Source of the DNA: Candidatus Eiseniibacteriota bacterium
Lineage (GTDB): Bacteria > Arandabacterota > Arandabacteria > Arandabacterales > Arandabacteraceae
DNA length: 50,652 nt
Direction of reading: 5' to 3'
NCBI GenBank assembly: GCA_043810925.1
Contig: JBDRNT010000028.1
Span: 1 to 50,652, forward strand
The notes beneath the pieces are model-generated. The model did no database searches, was not told where the DNA came from, and saw nothing but the letters and a program-made list of their open reading frames with translations. Numbering within the stretch: the first letter of the stretch is position 1; each line of letters begins with the position of its first letter. Positions 49,335 to 50,652 of this stretch are shown here, one piece after another. The position numbers and the translations under genes were made by a program.

Positions 49335-49754
49335 ATGGCGAAATTTAAGAAGAACGTGTCGACGGAAAGCAAGATTCCGACCTCCTCCATGGCCGACATT
49401 GCCTTTCTCCTGCTGGTTTTCTTCATGGTAACGACGGTCCTCAAACTGGAAGAGGGACTGCCGGTTGCTTTGCCGAAGGCTGAGGCAGCACAGGATATTC
49501 CGCGTGAGCATGTCGTACGTTTGTGGGTTGACAGGTCGGGCAAGATATCGATCAATGACATGATAGTGCCCATGAATGCGGTTGAGGGGATTATAGCCCA
49601 AAGAATTCGCGGGAACCCGGGTATCATCGTTGCGTTCAACACCGATGAGAATGCTCCGTACGGTGTGATGTCGGACATAATGGAGCAGCTCAAGCGGGCA
49701 AGCGCTGTGAGAGTGTCGTTCACATCGAAAAAGGAAAAGATGCGTTTTCGTTAG
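49335..49754 (+). CDS. exbD: ExbD/TolR, second copy
   Basis: SSMADIAFLLLVFFMV TM, V.LP.A and D..APYG motifs. Confidence 0.9.
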   Translation: MAKFKKNVSTESKIPTSSMADIAFLLLVFFMVTTVLKLEEGLPVALPKAEAAQDIPREHVVRLWVDRSGKISINDMIVPMNAVEGIIAQRIRGNPGIIVAFNTDENAPYGVMSDIMEQLKRASAVRVSFTSKKEKMRFR

Positions 49755-49757
49755 GAG

Positions 49758-50378
49758 TTGGCCAACGTGACTGCGAACGCCGAACTGAAATCCAAGTATG
49801 CCAAGTACCTCAACATCGGGTTTCTCATTGCCATACTGATCCATGCTGTGGCGTTTGCGTTCTGGCCCGAGTATGTTCCCTCTGTCTATAAGCTGCGGGA
49901 GGAGAAGATCATGGTAATTGATATCCCTCCCGAGATAGAGATACCTCCGCCGCCTGAGGAGATTTCACGCCCTGAGATCGCCGTCGAGATTGAGGCCAGC
50001 GATGAGGCAAGTGAAGATGAGACGATAGCCCCGACGTTTTTGGATGCCGAGAATCTGCCTCCGGCCCCACCTCCTCCGCCACCTGAGCCCGAGATGTTCT
50101 TTGCGTTCGACACCTACCCTGTGGTTGTTGAGAGCGCGAGGCCGAAGTACCCGGAGCTGGCACGGAAGGCCGAGGTCGAGGGTACCGTGATTGTGATGGT
50201 TACCATAGACGAGAGCGGCAGGGTGCTCAGCGCATGGGTCGCGGAGTCCAGTACTGCCGTCCTTGACGAGGCAGCGGTAGAAGCAGCATACAAGTTCAGA
50301 TTTACACCAGCCAAGCAGCGCGAGGTCCCTGTTAAGGCGACGATAAGTATCCCGTTCAGATTCTCGCTGACGGACTGA
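49758..50378 (+). CDS. tonB: energy transducer TonB
   Basis: TM with His, a Pro/Glu-rich linker, then YPELARKAEVEGTV...LDEAA..A...F.PA. Confidence 0.92.
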   Translation: MANVTANAELKSKYAKYLNIGFLIAILIHAVAFAFWPEYVPSVYKLREEKIMVIDIPPEIEIPPPPEEISRPEIAVEIEASDEASEDETIAPTFLDAENLPPAPPPPPPEPEMFFAFDTYPVVVESARPKYPELARKAEVEGTVIVMVTIDESGRVLSAWVAESSTAVLDEAAVEAAYKFRFTPAKQREVPVKATISIPFRFSLTD

Positions 50379-50521
50379 TGTCGCCCGGTGCTTTCCCTCT
50401 GATCAGCCGATGTCGGTGGGCAAAGCTTTAAGGTCGGCCTCAAGCAGCCCTTGTAGGTTTTCCCGTCGCATGGTATATGTGGGTATCGAATAAAGTCTGA
50501 GGGCAAGGGGGTACGGTATGA

Positions 50522-50652
50522 GGGTGCCAAGCGAAATGCATCATCTCCAGTTGGTGAGAATCCAGCGCGTACAAAGGTTAGCCGCCAGTACGAAACCGAG
50601 CTCTGCACTTAGTGAGGCAACGAGCTAAGTGAAGCCAGGGGGACGGATGTAT
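50522..50652 (+). mobile_element. probable 5' end (domain I) of a group II intron, cut by the window edge
   Basis: G(G)GTGCCAAG start, then tGGTGAGAATCCa hairpin, gtac-AAAGGTTAGCCGCCA-gtac, AACCGAG.TCTGC and cacttag-tgaGGCAAC-ctaagtg-AAGC. This is the motif order recalled for IIB-type introns. Confidence 0.6.

Noticed and set aside
50114-50608. 164-aa minus-strand ORF
   Set aside because: It overlaps tonB and the intron-like RNA in antisense and has no protein-like features.

Overview
A GC-rich bacterial chromosomal segment. TonB-dependent receptor, PorV-like, GWxTD-like and DGGGPS-like genes point by inference to a diderm FCB-group lineage, probably a candidate phylum such as Eisenbacteria, Krumholzibacteriota or Latescibacterota. 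In order: (1) about 60-2420, an integron-like cassette array (AbrB/Doc toxin-antitoxin, CPBP protease, BrnT/BrnA toxin-antitoxin) separated by attC-type sites whose core sequences pair in register, with no integrase in view. (2) A lipoprotein, then valS, rodZ, uvrB, nadC, birA and coaX. (3) A CIRCE-controlled groEL with no groES and no GGM tail. (4) A minus-strand operon of acyltransferase, PimA-like GT4 and MFS genes. (5) A sigma54-type operon of mglA-like GTPase, TPR, DGGGPS-like prenyltransferase and uppP. (6) A stand-alone 45-aa ORF with its own promoter and terminator. (7) One long coupled operon: giant TPR protein, uvrA, gcvT-H-PA-PB, then eight uncharacterised genes built around a GlmL/MutL-type ASKHA ATPase and several membrane proteins, closed by a lipoate ligase-family gene. 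No dihydrolipoamide dehydrogenase or B12 mutase is present. This cassette is the best candidate for an undescribed system. (8) TonB-dependent receptor, T9SS-CTD-like protein, PorV, GWxTD-like, exbB-exbD-exbD-tonB. (9) The probable 5' end of a group II intron at the right edge. All calls come from motif recognition by eye; no searches were run.
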